Shown in pieces: positions 20,849-31,263 of a stretch of DNA of 64,000 nucleotides (its first letter is position 1; each line of letters starts with the position of its first letter). Source of the stretch: Promethearchaeota archaeon. GTDB taxonomy: Archaea; Asgardarchaeota; Lokiarchaeia; Sigyniarchaeales; SOKP01. The notes below the pieces were generated by a model, which saw only the letters and a program-made list of their open reading frames with translations, was not told where the DNA came from and searched no databases. The stretch spans positions 96,001 through 160,000 of the forward strand of contig JAEOTA010000054.1 in NCBI GenBank assembly GCA_016840085.1. Direction: 5' to 3'. Made by a program: the position numbers and the translations under genes.

Positions 20849-21229
20849 ATGCCAAAAGGGCTAATTATAATGAAGTATAATAATAGAAGCGGAATAGACA
20901 TAAAAGCCAGTTTTCCACAGGAAGAATTGGATATAAATAGTGGAACTCTAATGAATATTTTTAGTCTACATGAATTTAGCAAACAAGCAGGAATAGCAAG
21001 CTTGACAGTAGGAGATATAAATATAGTAACTTATTATACTGGGGTAGATATGGATTATTTTATTATACTTTTATTAAATGTGCTTGAGAATCCAGAGGAT
21101 TATGAAGAAGGTTTACAGGAAATTTCTCAAATAATATTAAAAAATTTAGAAGAAGATAGATATTTAAATATGCTACCTTCTCTTTTTAAACAAATATCTG
21201 AAAATCCAAAGAAGAAAGAAAAGGATTAA
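20849..21229 (+). CDS. Stand-alone longin-like domain protein
   Basis: MPKGLIIMKYNNRSG...FP...IVTYYTG...YFIILLL...ENPEDYEE pattern of Asgard longin-like domains; 126 aa. Confidence 0.5.
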   Translation: MPKGLIIMKYNNRSGIDIKASFPQEELDINSGTLMNIFSLHEFSKQAGIASLTVGDINIVTYYTGVDMDYFIILLLNVLENPEDYEEGLQEISQIILKNLEEDRYLNMLPSLFKQISENPKKKEKD

Positions 21230-21361
21230 CTTTAAAATTTTATTTTTTAATATTGTAAGATTCTATTAATTAATTGTTAATTTTTATTACGAATAATTAT
21301 TAAAATAGAGACTTATTATAAGACATAGAGAAATTCTCTATTATTAAATGAGGAAAGAAAT

Positions 21362-23761
21362 TTGAAAGTAGGATTATTTGTGTGCGATTGCGGGAAGAAC
21401 ATTTCGGGAGTAATTGATACTAAAAAATTAATTGATAATTATTCAAATAATCCAGAGTATCCAGAAGTTTTTGTAATAGGAGATCAATATTTATGCTCAG
21501 AATTAGGCCTTAATAAGATAATTGATGAGATTAAAGAGAAAAAAATTGATAGAGTAGTGATTGCTGCATGTTCATTTAAGCTACATGGATTAGTATTTCG
21601 TAAAACTATTGAAAAAGCGGGTATTAATAGATTTTTAATATCTTTTGCGAATATTAGGGAGCAAAATTCATGGGTCCATGCAGATGATCCAGAAAAGGCA
21701 ACAAGAAAAGCTATTGATCAAATTAATATGAGTATAGAACAAGTTAAACTATTAGAGCCTTTAGAAGTTCAATATTCTGAAGTTGTTCCTTCTACTTTAA
21801 TTGTAGGGGGTGGAATTGCAGGTATCAAAGCTGCCTTAGTAATCGCAGATGCGGGTTATAAAGTATATTTAGTAGAGAGGGAACCAACAATTGGAGGACA
21901 TATGGCTCTATTCGATAAAACATTCCCTACTTTAGATTGTTCGATTTGTATTTTGGGCCCTTTGATGTCTGAGGTAAATGATAATCCAAATATAGAGCTT
22001 CTAACTTATTCTGAGCTAGAGAAAGTTGAAGGATATATTGGAAATTTTGATATTAAAATAAAGAAAAATCCTCGATTTATTAAAGAGGATGATTGTGTGG
22101 GGTGTATTGATATCTGTCGAGAAGTATGTCCAATAGATATAGAAGATACTTTTTTTCCACGAAAAGCAATTGATGTTCCTTATCCTCAAGCCATTCCATT
22201 ATACCCTAATATTTTAGAAGAATATTGTATAGGATGTAAAGCATGTGAACAAGCTTGTGATAGAGATGCAATTGATTTCAATCAGCCTCCTGAAATTATA
22301 GATATTCAAGTAGGATCAATTATAGTTGCTACTGGTTTAAAAACGTTTGATCCGTCTGTACTTGGAGAATATAATTATCAAAAACATCCAGACATTATAA
22401 CTTCAATGGAAACGGAAAGGTTACTTAATAATGATGGTCCTACGCATGGGAAAATTATAAGACCTTCAAATGGTAAACCACCAAAAAAAGTCTCCTTTAT
22501 TTTATGCGTGGGATCTCGCAATAAGCAAATACATCGTGAATATTGTAGTCAAGTGTGTTGTAATTCATCAATTAAACAAGCTGTTTTAATTAAAAAAGAA
22601 CATCCCGAAACTGAAATCAATATATATTATAATGACATTAGAGCTGTAAGTAAGAATTGTGAAGAATTTTATAATAGGGCTCGAGAAACATTTGGAATTA
22701 GATTTATAAAGAGTAATATCTCCGCAGTGTTAAAAAGTGACATATCAGACGAATTATTAGTAAGGGGAGAAGATATAATTGAAGATAAATTATTTGAAAA
22801 TAAAACAGATTTAGTGATATTAGCAGTTGGTATTGAACCCGCCGAGGGTACTGATGAGCTAAGTATATTACTAAACATCTCCCAAGATCCTTATGGATTT
22901 CTATTAGAGAAGCATTTAAAAGTAAAACCTTCTGAAAGTTCTGTTAATGGAATTTTCTTAGCTGGTGCAATTCAAGGACCAAAGGATATTCCTAACAGTA
23001 TTGCCCAAGCTGAGAGTGCTGCTGCAAAATCAATTGCTTTAATTGCTAAAGGTCAAGTAGAACTTGAACCCCACGTAGTAATTTTTTATCCTGATAAATG
23101 CAATCTCTGTAGATTATGTGAGAACATTTGTATGTTTAATGCTTTAAGTATTGAAGGTGATCAATTAAAAATTACTCAAGTTAATTGTACAGGCTGCGGA
23201 GCTTGTGCTGCTATGTGTCCTGAAGACGCTCTTTATATTCCAGGATTTACTAAAGCACAAATATCTACGCAAATACAGACAGTGTTAAAGAAAAAAAGTG
23301 AATCACCTTTAATTCTTGCTTATTTATGTAACTGGTGCTCATATTTAGGAGCTGATCTAGCTGGAACAAGTAAATTGACATATCCTACTAATGTAAGGAT
23401 AATTCATGTAATGTGTACGGCTATGCTTAATCCATCTTTAATTTTTGAAAGTTTTTTTTATGGAGCTGATGGAGTTCTTATTGCGGGGTGTTATCCTCAA
23501 GATTGTCATTACCAAGAGGGGTTTAATAAGGCTAGAATTAGATATGAAAGTATTAAAGAGATGTTAATAGAAGCGGGTATAAATGAACAACGGTTAAAAA
23601 TCACTAGTATTTCTGCTGGAGAAGGGGAAAAATTTGCTCGGACTATTGCAGAATTTAAGGAAGAATTAAATAATTTAGGGTCAATTCAGCCAAATGAATA
23701 TTCAAAATCTATTGCATATAAAGAAGAAGTGAAAGATAAAGCAAGATTGGATGAAATATAA
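21362..23761 (+). CDS. hdrA: Heterodisulfide reductase subunit A fused to MvhD (hydrogenase Fe-S subunit)
   Basis: VCDCGKNI, GGGIAG FAD motif, KTFPTLDCSICI, ferredoxin motifs, YCSQVCC; C-terminal MvhD LCNWCSYLGAD...GCYPQDCHY. Confidence 0.93.
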   Translation: MKVGLFVCDCGKNISGVIDTKKLIDNYSNNPEYPEVFVIGDQYLCSELGLNKIIDEIKEKKIDRVVIAACSFKLHGLVFRKTIEKAGINRFLISFANIREQNSWVHADDPEKATRKAIDQINMSIEQVKLLEPLEVQYSEVVPSTLIVGGGIAGIKAALVIADAGYKVYLVEREPTIGGHMALFDKTFPTLDCSICILGPLMSEVNDNPNIELLTYSELEKVEGYIGNFDIKIKKNPRFIKEDDCVGCIDICREVCPIDIEDTFFPRKAIDVPYPQAIPLYPNILEEYCIGCKACEQACDRDAIDFNQPPEIIDIQVGSIIVATGLKTFDPSVLGEYNYQKHPDIITSMETERLLNNDGPTHGKIIRPSNGKPPKKVSFILCVGSRNKQIHREYCSQVCCNSSIKQAVLIKKEHPETEINIYYNDIRAVSKNCEEFYNRARETFGIRFIKSNISAVLKSDISDELLVRGEDIIEDKLFENKTDLVILAVGIEPAEGTDELSILLNISQDPYGFLLEKHLKVKPSESSVNGIFLAGAIQGPKDIPNSIAQAESAAAKSIALIAKGQVELEPHVVIFYPDKCNLCRLCENICMFNALSIEGDQLKITQVNCTGCGACAAMCPEDALYIPGFTKAQISTQIQTVLKKKSESPLILAYLCNWCSYLGADLAGTSKLTYPTNVRIIHVMCTAMLNPSLIFESFFYGADGVLIAGCYPQDCHYQEGFNKARIRYESIKEMLIEAGINEQRLKITSISAGEGEKFARTIAEFKEELNNLGSIQPNEYSKSIAYKEEVKDKARLDEI

Positions 23762-23918
23762 AATCTTAAGAAATGAAAATGATATTATAATTTCAATATC
23801 TATTACATATGAATATAATTTTTTTATTGGTATTTCTCTTATTATTTTTAGTAATGGTGAATATTATAATTATATCTAATGAAAATTCAAATTCAAATTT
23901 CCTAATAGTGAATCTTCT

Positions 23919-25205
23919 ATGAAAGTGAGAGCAATAACGATTGGAAATATTATACCCTTCTTATATAAAAATGAAACAATTTTATCTTTCTTACAAGAGA
24001 ACCTGAATAGTTTCTCAGCTTTAAATAATGAATTAATTCATGCGTTAGAACAAATTGGAATAAGTGTTGAAACCAAACGATTTTGTTCTCAACCACTTTT
24101 CAGTTTTGATAATAAACTTTTTTATGAAAAAAATTTAAAAGAGACTCTTGTAGAAATTACCAATCAGTTAAGTTTTTTACAAGATATTCTCAAAGATTAC
24201 GAATTTGACTACTTTGCATGTTGTATGATGCGAGGAGATCAAATTCAGGAGTTAGGGATTTTCGAAAAATTATTGTTAAGTGAAGTTTCAAATTTTATAA
24301 AAAATACAGATATCTTTTTTACTTCATTACCAGTTGCCTCTACACAAGAAGGAATCAATATTACCGCATTAAAATCTGGTGCTAAAATAATAAAGCAACT
24401 TTCAGAACCAGATCCATTTAAAAATTTAAATTTTTGTGTATCTGCCAATGTGGGTCCAAATTATCCATTTTTCCCTGCAGCATATCATTTTTCAGACAAA
24501 CCAGCATTTTCTCTTGCTTTAGAAATGGCAGACGAAGTAATAGATGCTATAGAAAACTCAAATAGTTTAAAGGACGCTCAATTTAATTTATTAGCAAAGT
24601 TTAATAAAATCTATGACGATATAACAAAAATTTGCGAGAAAATTGGACGAAATTTCGATATAGAATTTAAAGGAATAGATCTTTCTCCTGCACCCTTTCC
24701 GGAAATAGAAAAAAGTATTGGTACTGCCATAGAAAAATTAGGTGTTGAGTATTTTGGAGCTATTGGTACACTTACTGGAGTTGCGTTAATAAAAAACTCT
24801 ATACCCGTTGATAAAGAAAAAGTGATAGGATTTTCTGGTTTTATGCAGCCTGTGTTAGAAGACTTCATTTTATCTAAAAGATTGGCTGAAAATAAATTCA
24901 ACTTAGATTCACTTCTATTATATTCCACTATGTGTGGTACTGGTCTTGATGTTGTTCCATTACCAGGTGATATTACTGAACAAGAGTTGTTTTATATTTT
25001 ACTAGATATATGTACTATTTCTGTCACTTTAAACAAGCCCTTAACAGCTAGGTTAATGCCAATACCCGGAAGAGACATTGGTGATGATGTTGAGTTTGAT
25101 TTTGAGTATTTTGCACCTTCAAAGATTATTAACTTTCGAAGGCTAACTGGCGAAAATAAAAATGATTTATTTAATAGTAATGAAAAGACAATAAAATTCT
25201 TCTAA
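23919..25205 (+). CDS. DUF711 family protein (PFL-like barrel)
   Basis: PFFPAAYH, GIDLSPAP, GFSGFMQPVLED, STMCGTGLDVVPLPGD, KPLTARLMP. Confidence 0.85.
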   Translation: MKVRAITIGNIIPFLYKNETILSFLQENLNSFSALNNELIHALEQIGISVETKRFCSQPLFSFDNKLFYEKNLKETLVEITNQLSFLQDILKDYEFDYFACCMMRGDQIQELGIFEKLLLSEVSNFIKNTDIFFTSLPVASTQEGINITALKSGAKIIKQLSEPDPFKNLNFCVSANVGPNYPFFPAAYHFSDKPAFSLALEMADEVIDAIENSNSLKDAQFNLLAKFNKIYDDITKICEKIGRNFDIEFKGIDLSPAPFPEIEKSIGTAIEKLGVEYFGAIGTLTGVALIKNSIPVDKEKVIGFSGFMQPVLEDFILSKRLAENKFNLDSLLLYSTMCGTGLDVVPLPGDITEQELFYILLDICTISVTLNKPLTARLMPIPGRDIGDDVEFDFEYFAPSKIINFRRLTGENKNDLFNSNEKTIKFF

Positions 25206-25282
25206 TAAAATTTTTTAGAAGACTTATCTAATTATCTTGTGAAGAGTTATTAATTTTGGAATAAAAAAATCCAAATTAAATA

Positions 25283-25729
25283 ATGAACAATAGAAGAAAA
25301 ATAAAAAGTTTAAAATTCTTCAATGAGGCTGCTGAATATCTTGATAAATTCAATACTAAAGATATTCTATTAAATGAAGGATTTGTAGGAAATAGATCCA
25401 ATACAAATTACCTCAGAGATGAAATGTTAATTGAATTAAGTAATCTGAGGAATATTATAGCAAACAATCCAGATTTAAAAATAGAATCATTAACAAAAGC
25501 AGAAAAGGAAACTTTTTTTGAATTTGTTAAGTTCTATCACTTATGTCCAATATGTGGAAATCAAAATCATTATTTTAATTTAAAGCAACTCTTTTTTGAC
25601 GAAGAGAAACAAGCTCTTAAACAAGAATTAATACGATTAATGAAGTATAAAAACAAGAAATTAAAGAAGTTTAATCTCAATTTAGGAGTTCCCTGTTGTG
25701 ATTGCTACAAAAAAATAATATCTGAATAA
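25283..25729 (+). CDS. Hypothetical protein with putative Zn site
   Basis: CPICG and PCCDC motifs. Confidence 0.65.
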   Translation: MNNRRKIKSLKFFNEAAEYLDKFNTKDILLNEGFVGNRSNTNYLRDEMLIELSNLRNIIANNPDLKIESLTKAEKETFFEFVKFYHLCPICGNQNHYFNLKQLFFDEEKQALKQELIRLMKYKNKKLKKFNLNLGVPCCDCYKKIISE

Positions 25730-25742
25730 TAAGATTATCTAA

Positions 25743-26075
25743 TTATTTTAAATAATCAACTACTTGTCCACTTTGAGTAATCTCGTAATAGATATTGTTT
25801 TCCTCTTCGATTTTTTTAATACAAAAAGCTTTGATTAAGTAATCCATATTATAATTAAGTGAAGACTCATCATTAATTACGGATTTATCTAAAAGAGCTT
25901 TAAGTAAATTCTCTTTAGAGATTTTTTTAACCCTATTAACTAGAATTAAGATTTTGCGTCGAATTGGATGATTTACGGCTTTAAGATATAAGGAGTGTAA
26001 GTATCTTGTGCCTTCTACAGTTTTCCCATATTCTTCCATTGATTTATAGTTTTTAAAATCGAATTCATCAGGCAT
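25743..26075 (-). CDS. Winged-helix (ArsR-like) protein
   Basis: AVNHPIRRKIL...LNYNMDYL...YYEITQSG. Confidence 0.7.
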   Translation of the reverse strand: MPDEFDFKNYKSMEEYGKTVEGTRYLHSLYLKAVNHPIRRKILILVNRVKKISKENLLKALLDKSVINDESSLNYNMDYLIKAFCIKKIEEENNIYYEITQSGQVVDYLK

Positions 26076-26386
26076 AGTTCTGTAAAATCTTCTTAAAAAA
26101 AAAAATTTTTCTATTCAGATTATATTTTGTATTATTCCAATCTGCAATTTCTTGTATTGAGAAATCTTTTAGTTAGAATTTCTCAAAAATTCTAATACTT
26201 ATTTTTAGTTTCGGGCATAGAGGCTCGATGCGAAGAATACTCTCTTAATTTTCGATAAACGTTAACAGTCTGACTTAACATTTTCCAGATTAAATAATTC
26301 TAGTGAAATTTCTTTCTGTATGAAAATTATAATATATTTATATACAAACTTGAATTATTGTATAATTGGACAAGAGAGGCGATTAA

Positions 26387-28834
26387 ATGAAAAAAAAAAT
26401 TAAATTATTTTTAATTCCCTTAGTCTTTTTTCTAATCATTTTAGTAGCATTAGGAGGAAATATTCGTCACCCATTTGGACTGCAACCTAAAATTGCAGCT
26501 CCTGGCGATGTATGGTTTGGTACTGTGACTGATAAGGAGGTAGGAGATATTTTTGAAACGGATATCTATGTTGACACCGGAAATCAAAAAATTGCTGCAT
26601 ATGGAATTGATATCACCTACAATCAGAATGTAATAGTAGTTGAAACTTCGATTGGCACTTCAGGGGTTGAAGCAGGTGCTGACGGATTTGTTACAGCAGT
26701 AGATGCGAATACTCCGGGGGTGATTACCATACTGGGATTTGATGTGGTGGGTACAGGACCAGGTTCTCAATTGCATCTTCTTAGAATCTGGTGGGAAGCA
26801 ATAGCATTAGGTACAAGTCCTTTAGATATCAGTATTGATGCTCTAGTTGATGAAAATAATATAGATATAGGTACACCAACAGGTATAGATGGAAGCGTAG
26901 AAGTAGTTGAGGATGTGACAATTGGCAATGTATGGTTTGGTACTGTGACTGATAAGGAGGTAGGAAATATTTTTGAAACGGCTCTCTATGTTGACACTGG
27001 CATTCAATTATTAGCCTGGTATTCAATTTATATCGCCTACAATCAGAATGTAATAATAGTTGATACCTCGGTAGGTAATAATGGAGTTGAGGTAGGTGCT
27101 GATGGATTTGTTACAGATGTAAATGTAGATACTCCAGGGGTGATTGAAATATGGGGAATTGATCCCGTGGGTAGAGGACCAGGTTCTCAATTGCATCTTC
27201 TTAATATCACGTGGATAGCAGTAGCAGTAGGTACTAGCCCTTTAGATATCATTATTGATACTCTAGTTGATATTTACGGTTATGTAATAGGTACACCAAC
27301 AGATATAGATGGAAGCGTAGTAGTAGTTGAGGATGTGACAATTGGCGATGTATGGATAGGTTCTGTTCCAACTAAGGATGTAGGAGCTATTTTTGAAACA
27401 CAAATCTACGTTAACACAGGAAGTCAAAAAATAGCTGCTTATGGAATTGATATTGCCTACAATCAGAATGTAATAGTAGTTGATACTTCTGTAGGAAATA
27501 ATGGGGTTGAAGCAGGTGCTGATGGATTTGTTTCAGCAGTAGATGTCAATACTCCTGGAGTAATTATTATAAGTGGATTTGATCTGGCGGGTACAGGACC
27601 AGGTTCTCAACTGCATCTTCTTAATATCACGTGGATAGCAGTAGCCGTAGGTACTAGTTTTTTAGATATCACTGTTGATGCTCTATTGGACCCAGATACT
27701 AATGTAATAGGCACACCAACAGGTATAGATGGAAGCGTGGTAGTTGAAGATTTGACAATTGGCGATGTATGGGTAGGTTCTGTGCCAACTAAGGATGTAG
27801 GAGATATTTTTGAAACGCAAATCTATGTTGACACAGGAACACAAGAAATAGCCACATATGGAATTGATATCGGTTACAATCAGAATGTAATAGTAGTTGA
27901 TACTTCTGTAGGAAATAATGGGATTGAAGCAGGTGCTGATGGATTTGTATCAACTGTAGATGTCAATACTCCTGGGATGATTAGTATAAGTGGATTTGAT
28001 GCGACGCGTACAGGACCAGGTTCTCAATTGCATCTTCTTAATATCACGTGGATAGCAGTAGCGGTAGGTACTAGTCCTTTAGATATCACTGTTGATGCTC
28101 TAATGGATCCAGATACTAATGTAATAGGCAACCCAACAGGTATAGACGGAAGTATATATATAACAGAACATATTGCTCCTCTGATAACAATTAATGTTCC
28201 TTCTAACAACACATATCATAGTAAACCACCTACAATTCAAGTAATTATATATGATTTAAGCGAAATAAATACAACCTGGTACACCGTCCCTGGATGCGGT
28301 GAAAGTAAAACTTTTAGTGGCAGTTCTATCGATTTTGATGTTAATCTGTGGAATGATCAAGAAGAAGGTTTAGTTTTAATCAGGATATTTGCTAACGATT
28401 CAATAGGAAATCTAGGTCAAACCGATTTAATAATAATAAAAGATGCTTTTAAACCATCCATTAGAGTCACTTCTCCATTAGATGGAGATGTATTTGGAGA
28501 AGATGCTCCTGAATTTAATATAACTGTTTCAGATTTACATCTTGATATCCTCTATTATACAATTAATGATTCAGCCATCAAATATTTTGTCTCTTTTACA
28601 TCCGGAACAAATCTTATTGCCATTAACGAGTCAGTATGGGACGCACTTCCAGAAGGTCAGGTATTAATCAGATTCTTCATAAATGATACCGCAGGTAACA
28701 TAAATGACGTTGGTGTGGTCTTAAAGAAACAAATTCCTTCAAGAGCTCCAGCCATCCCCGGATATAATATATTTATATTTCTATTTATTGGAACAACAGC
28801 TATAATAATATTATTTTTTCGAAAAAGGAAATAA
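26387..28834 (+). CDS. Cell-surface protein: signal peptide, 4 cohesin-like repeats, 2 Ig-like domains, Loki-CTERM anchor
   Basis: N-terminal MKKKIKLFLIPLVFF; four ~139-aa repeats (VDTGxQKIAAYGIDIxYNQNVI...GSQLHLLxIxW); C-terminal IPGY + TM + RKRK. Confidence 0.75.
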   Translation: MKKKIKLFLIPLVFFLIILVALGGNIRHPFGLQPKIAAPGDVWFGTVTDKEVGDIFETDIYVDTGNQKIAAYGIDITYNQNVIVVETSIGTSGVEAGADGFVTAVDANTPGVITILGFDVVGTGPGSQLHLLRIWWEAIALGTSPLDISIDALVDENNIDIGTPTGIDGSVEVVEDVTIGNVWFGTVTDKEVGNIFETALYVDTGIQLLAWYSIYIAYNQNVIIVDTSVGNNGVEVGADGFVTDVNVDTPGVIEIWGIDPVGRGPGSQLHLLNITWIAVAVGTSPLDIIIDTLVDIYGYVIGTPTDIDGSVVVVEDVTIGDVWIGSVPTKDVGAIFETQIYVNTGSQKIAAYGIDIAYNQNVIVVDTSVGNNGVEAGADGFVSAVDVNTPGVIIISGFDLAGTGPGSQLHLLNITWIAVAVGTSFLDITVDALLDPDTNVIGTPTGIDGSVVVEDLTIGDVWVGSVPTKDVGDIFETQIYVDTGTQEIATYGIDIGYNQNVIVVDTSVGNNGIEAGADGFVSTVDVNTPGMISISGFDATRTGPGSQLHLLNITWIAVAVGTSPLDITVDALMDPDTNVIGNPTGIDGSIYITEHIAPLITINVPSNNTYHSKPPTIQVIIYDLSEINTTWYTVPGCGESKTFSGSSIDFDVNLWNDQEEGLVLIRIFANDSIGNLGQTDLIIIKDAFKPSIRVTSPLDGDVFGEDAPEFNITVSDLHLDILYYTINDSAIKYFVSFTSGTNLIAINESVWDALPEGQVLIRFFINDTAGNINDVGVVLKKQIPSRAPAIPGYNIFIFLFIGTTAIIILFFRKRK
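26504..28155 (+). repeat. Four intragenic tandem repeats of ~417-420 bp
   Basis: Units start near 26504, 26924, 27344 and 27761 with GGC(G/A)ATGTATGG; long near-identical stretches such as GGACCAGGTTCTCAA(T/C)TGCATCTTCTTA occur in all four. Confidence 0.9.
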
Positions 28835-29053
28835 CATAAGAATTAAAAAATTCTTTTCAAATTTAGAGTTCTGGAATACTATTATTTTGTGTGGGCCTAG
28901 GTATATCCCCTGACAAAATATATAAATCCAAATTTAAGAAAAGAGATGCTTCTTAATAAAAAAACTTCCTTTAAAGTGCAAGTAGTTTTTATATATTAGT
29001 ACCAAATTTTTTATGAGTATCCTTATAATTAAAAGCGTGTAAGAAGATAAGAA

Positions 29054-29353
29054 ATGATGGAAAAAACGACAAAAACGGAAATACCTAGCCCTTTAGATGA
29101 TGAAAAGATTAATTTGATATGTAATAAAGAAAAAGTAGCTAATAAAATTGAAAGTTTATGGAGTAATAGATCCGCTCATGAACGAAATAATAAATTTGGA
29201 ACTAAACGATTAATAATCAAGCTAGAGACTTCAGGCATAGAGAAAAAAAGGATTTCATTAAAATTGGAAAGTACTAATTCGGATGTGAATTCTAATAATT
29301 ATCATCTTCTTTCTGAACTTTTAAAAGAATTTTTTAAAGTTAATCAAGACTAA
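29054..29353 (+). CDS. Hypothetical protein
   Basis: ORF track, 99 aa, no recognisable motif. Confidence 0.5.
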   Translation: MMEKTTKTEIPSPLDDEKINLICNKEKVANKIESLWSNRSAHERNNKFGTKRLIIKLETSGIEKKRISLKLESTNSDVNSNNYHLLSELLKEFFKVNQD

Positions 29354-29473
29354 TAAAAAATTTATTTTTTTCTGATATTATCATAATTCATAGGTAAGTC
29401 CTATAAGAGAAAAATATATTATTTTAAGACTCTTATTTTTTCATTAATCTAAATATAAAATTAATATAATCTG

Positions 29474-30547
29474 ATGAGTTATAAAATGAATTTTGATGAC
29501 ATTAAAAATTTACTTGGATCTGAAGCTGATAGTCTTTTAAATCACACTTGCACAGGAATTCCAAATAAGATGATACATATTCCAGGACCAGATTTCATTG
29601 AAAGAGTTATGGAGCATAGCGATCGGAATAATTTAGTTCTAAACAACATGAATAGATTATTTAATCAACGAGGTCGATTAGCAGGAACGGGTTACCTTTC
29701 AGTATTGCCTGTAGATCAAGGCATTGAACATACAGCATCCGCTAGTTTTGCTGTAAACCCGTTATATTTTGATCCTGAAAATATTGTCAAATTAGCTATT
29801 GATGGAGGGTGTAATGCATTTGTGTCTACATTAGGAGTGTTAGGCTCTATTTCACGGAGATATGCGAGAAAAATACCATTTATTGTAAAAATAAATCATA
29901 ATGAATTATTAACTAAACCAGCTCTTTCAGACCAAACTTTGTTTGCGAATGTAGACCAAGCATGGTTAATGGGTGCTGCGGGGGTAGGCGCAACTATATA
30001 TTTTGGGTCTAAAGAATCTAGACGGCAGATTCAAGAAATAAGTGAATCTTTTAGATATGCTCACGAGTTAGGACTAGTTTGCGTTCTTTGGTGTTATTTA
30101 AGAAATAAAGAAGAATTTATCAAAGAAGGAAAGGACTATCATACAGCTTGTGATCTAGAAAGTCAAGCAAACCACCTTGGAGTAACTATTGAGGCGGATA
30201 TAATTAAACAAAAAATTGCCACTTTAAATAGAGGATTTCTTGATTTAAACTTTGGTAAGACGGATAAATTAGTTTATGACAAATTGGCACCAGATAATGC
30301 AATTGATTGGAATAGATATCAAGTTGCAAACTGTTATATGGGAAGAATAGGACTTATTAATTCTGGAGGGGAGTCTGGCGGGAATGACCTGCAGGATGCG
30401 GTCAAAGCAGCAGTTATTAATAAGCGTTCAGGCGGAACGGGTTTAATTTTAGGAAGAAAGGCATTTAAAAAACCTACTCTCAAAGGAATTGAAATTTTAA
30501 ATGCTGTCCAAGATGTTTATTTATGTAAGGAAATTACGATTGCATGA
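29474..30547 (+). CDS. fbaB: Class I fructose-bisphosphate aldolase (DhnA/FbaB type)
   Basis: [27 protein letters not shown] (Schiff-base Lys), [16 protein letters not shown]. Confidence 0.92.
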   Translation: MSYKMNFDDIKNLLGSEADSLLNHTCTGIPNKMIHIPGPDFIERVMEHSDRNNLVLNNMNRLFNQRGRLAGTGYLSVLPVDQGIEHTASASFAVNPLYFDPENIVKLAIDGGCNAFVSTLGVLGSISRRYARKIPFIVKINHNELLTKPALSDQTLFANVDQAWLMGAAGVGATIYFGSKESRRQIQEISESFRYAHELGLVCVLWCYLRNKEEFIKEGKDYHTACDLESQANHLGVTIEADIIKQKIATLNRGFLDLNFGKTDKLVYDKLAPDNAIDWNRYQVANCYMGRIGLINSGGESGGNDLQDAVKAAVINKRSGGTGLILGRKAFKKPTLKGIEILNAVQDVYLCKEITIA

Positions 30548-30653
30548 ATAAATTTTATTATCTTTTTTTTCTTTTTTTTATCACAAGTAAATTATATTTA
30601 AAAATATTAAATTCATTATTCAACTAAACAAATAATTATCTCTAACATTTATT

Positions 30654-31217
30654 ATGGGAAAAGATAAAAAATTAAGACCGGATCCTAATCTTAATCCTTA
30701 TAGAGTAAAACAAGGAACTCCCCCTCCAACAAAAGGTTTTATTGATTTTAATACTCAAAGAGTATGTCCTAGCTGCGGTAAAGCAATCAAGATGTCCTAT
30801 AATTTCTGTAAATATTGTGGAGTCGATTTGAGCGCAATAGAACCTATTGGTATGGATGAAATCTCAAAACAGTTGGCAATTACAGCAGTAACCGATCCTA
30901 GTCCTGAAGTTAGAAAAGAAGCTGTTGATACATTAGGAGATTTTGGAGATAATAGAGTATTAGGTGTGTTAACATATGTTATGCTAAATGATCCTGATGA
31001 AAATGTTAGAATGGAAGCTACTGATGAATTAGGTGATCTTCATCACCCGTATAGTATGGATGCCTTAGCTAAAGCCTTAAAAGATGAAAGTCCACTTGTA
31101 AGAAAAGAAGCTATCGAGGGATTAAAAAAGATTAAAAAAAAGACCAAACCCAAAGAAGAAATCAAGGGTAAACCTGAAGAAAGGGGAGAAGAAAAAGAAA
31201 ATAAGACTGAATTCTAA
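30654..31217 (+). CDS. Zinc-ribbon + HEAT-repeat protein
   Basis: CPSCG...FCKYCG; DPSPEVRKEAVDTLG-type HEAT repeats. Confidence 0.85.
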   Translation: MGKDKKLRPDPNLNPYRVKQGTPPPTKGFIDFNTQRVCPSCGKAIKMSYNFCKYCGVDLSAIEPIGMDEISKQLAITAVTDPSPEVRKEAVDTLGDFGDNRVLGVLTYVMLNDPDENVRMEATDELGDLHHPYSMDALAKALKDESPLVRKEAIEGLKKIKKKTKPKEEIKGKPEERGEEKENKTEF

Positions 31218-31263
31218 ATTTCATATAATTTTTTATTTTAGGAAATAATTATTTCCTAGATTT

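Noticed and set aside
10797-23761. Selenocysteine recoding in hdr genes
   Set aside because: The ORFs are uninterrupted, with Cys codons at the motif positions; no in-frame UGA.
26100-26330. Degenerate ORF or transposase remnant upstream of the cohesin gene
   Set aside because: Only short minus-strand fragments with several stops; no recognisable motif.
26504-28155. CRISPR array or mobile repeat
   Set aside because: The repeats are ~420-bp in-frame protein domain duplications without spacers.
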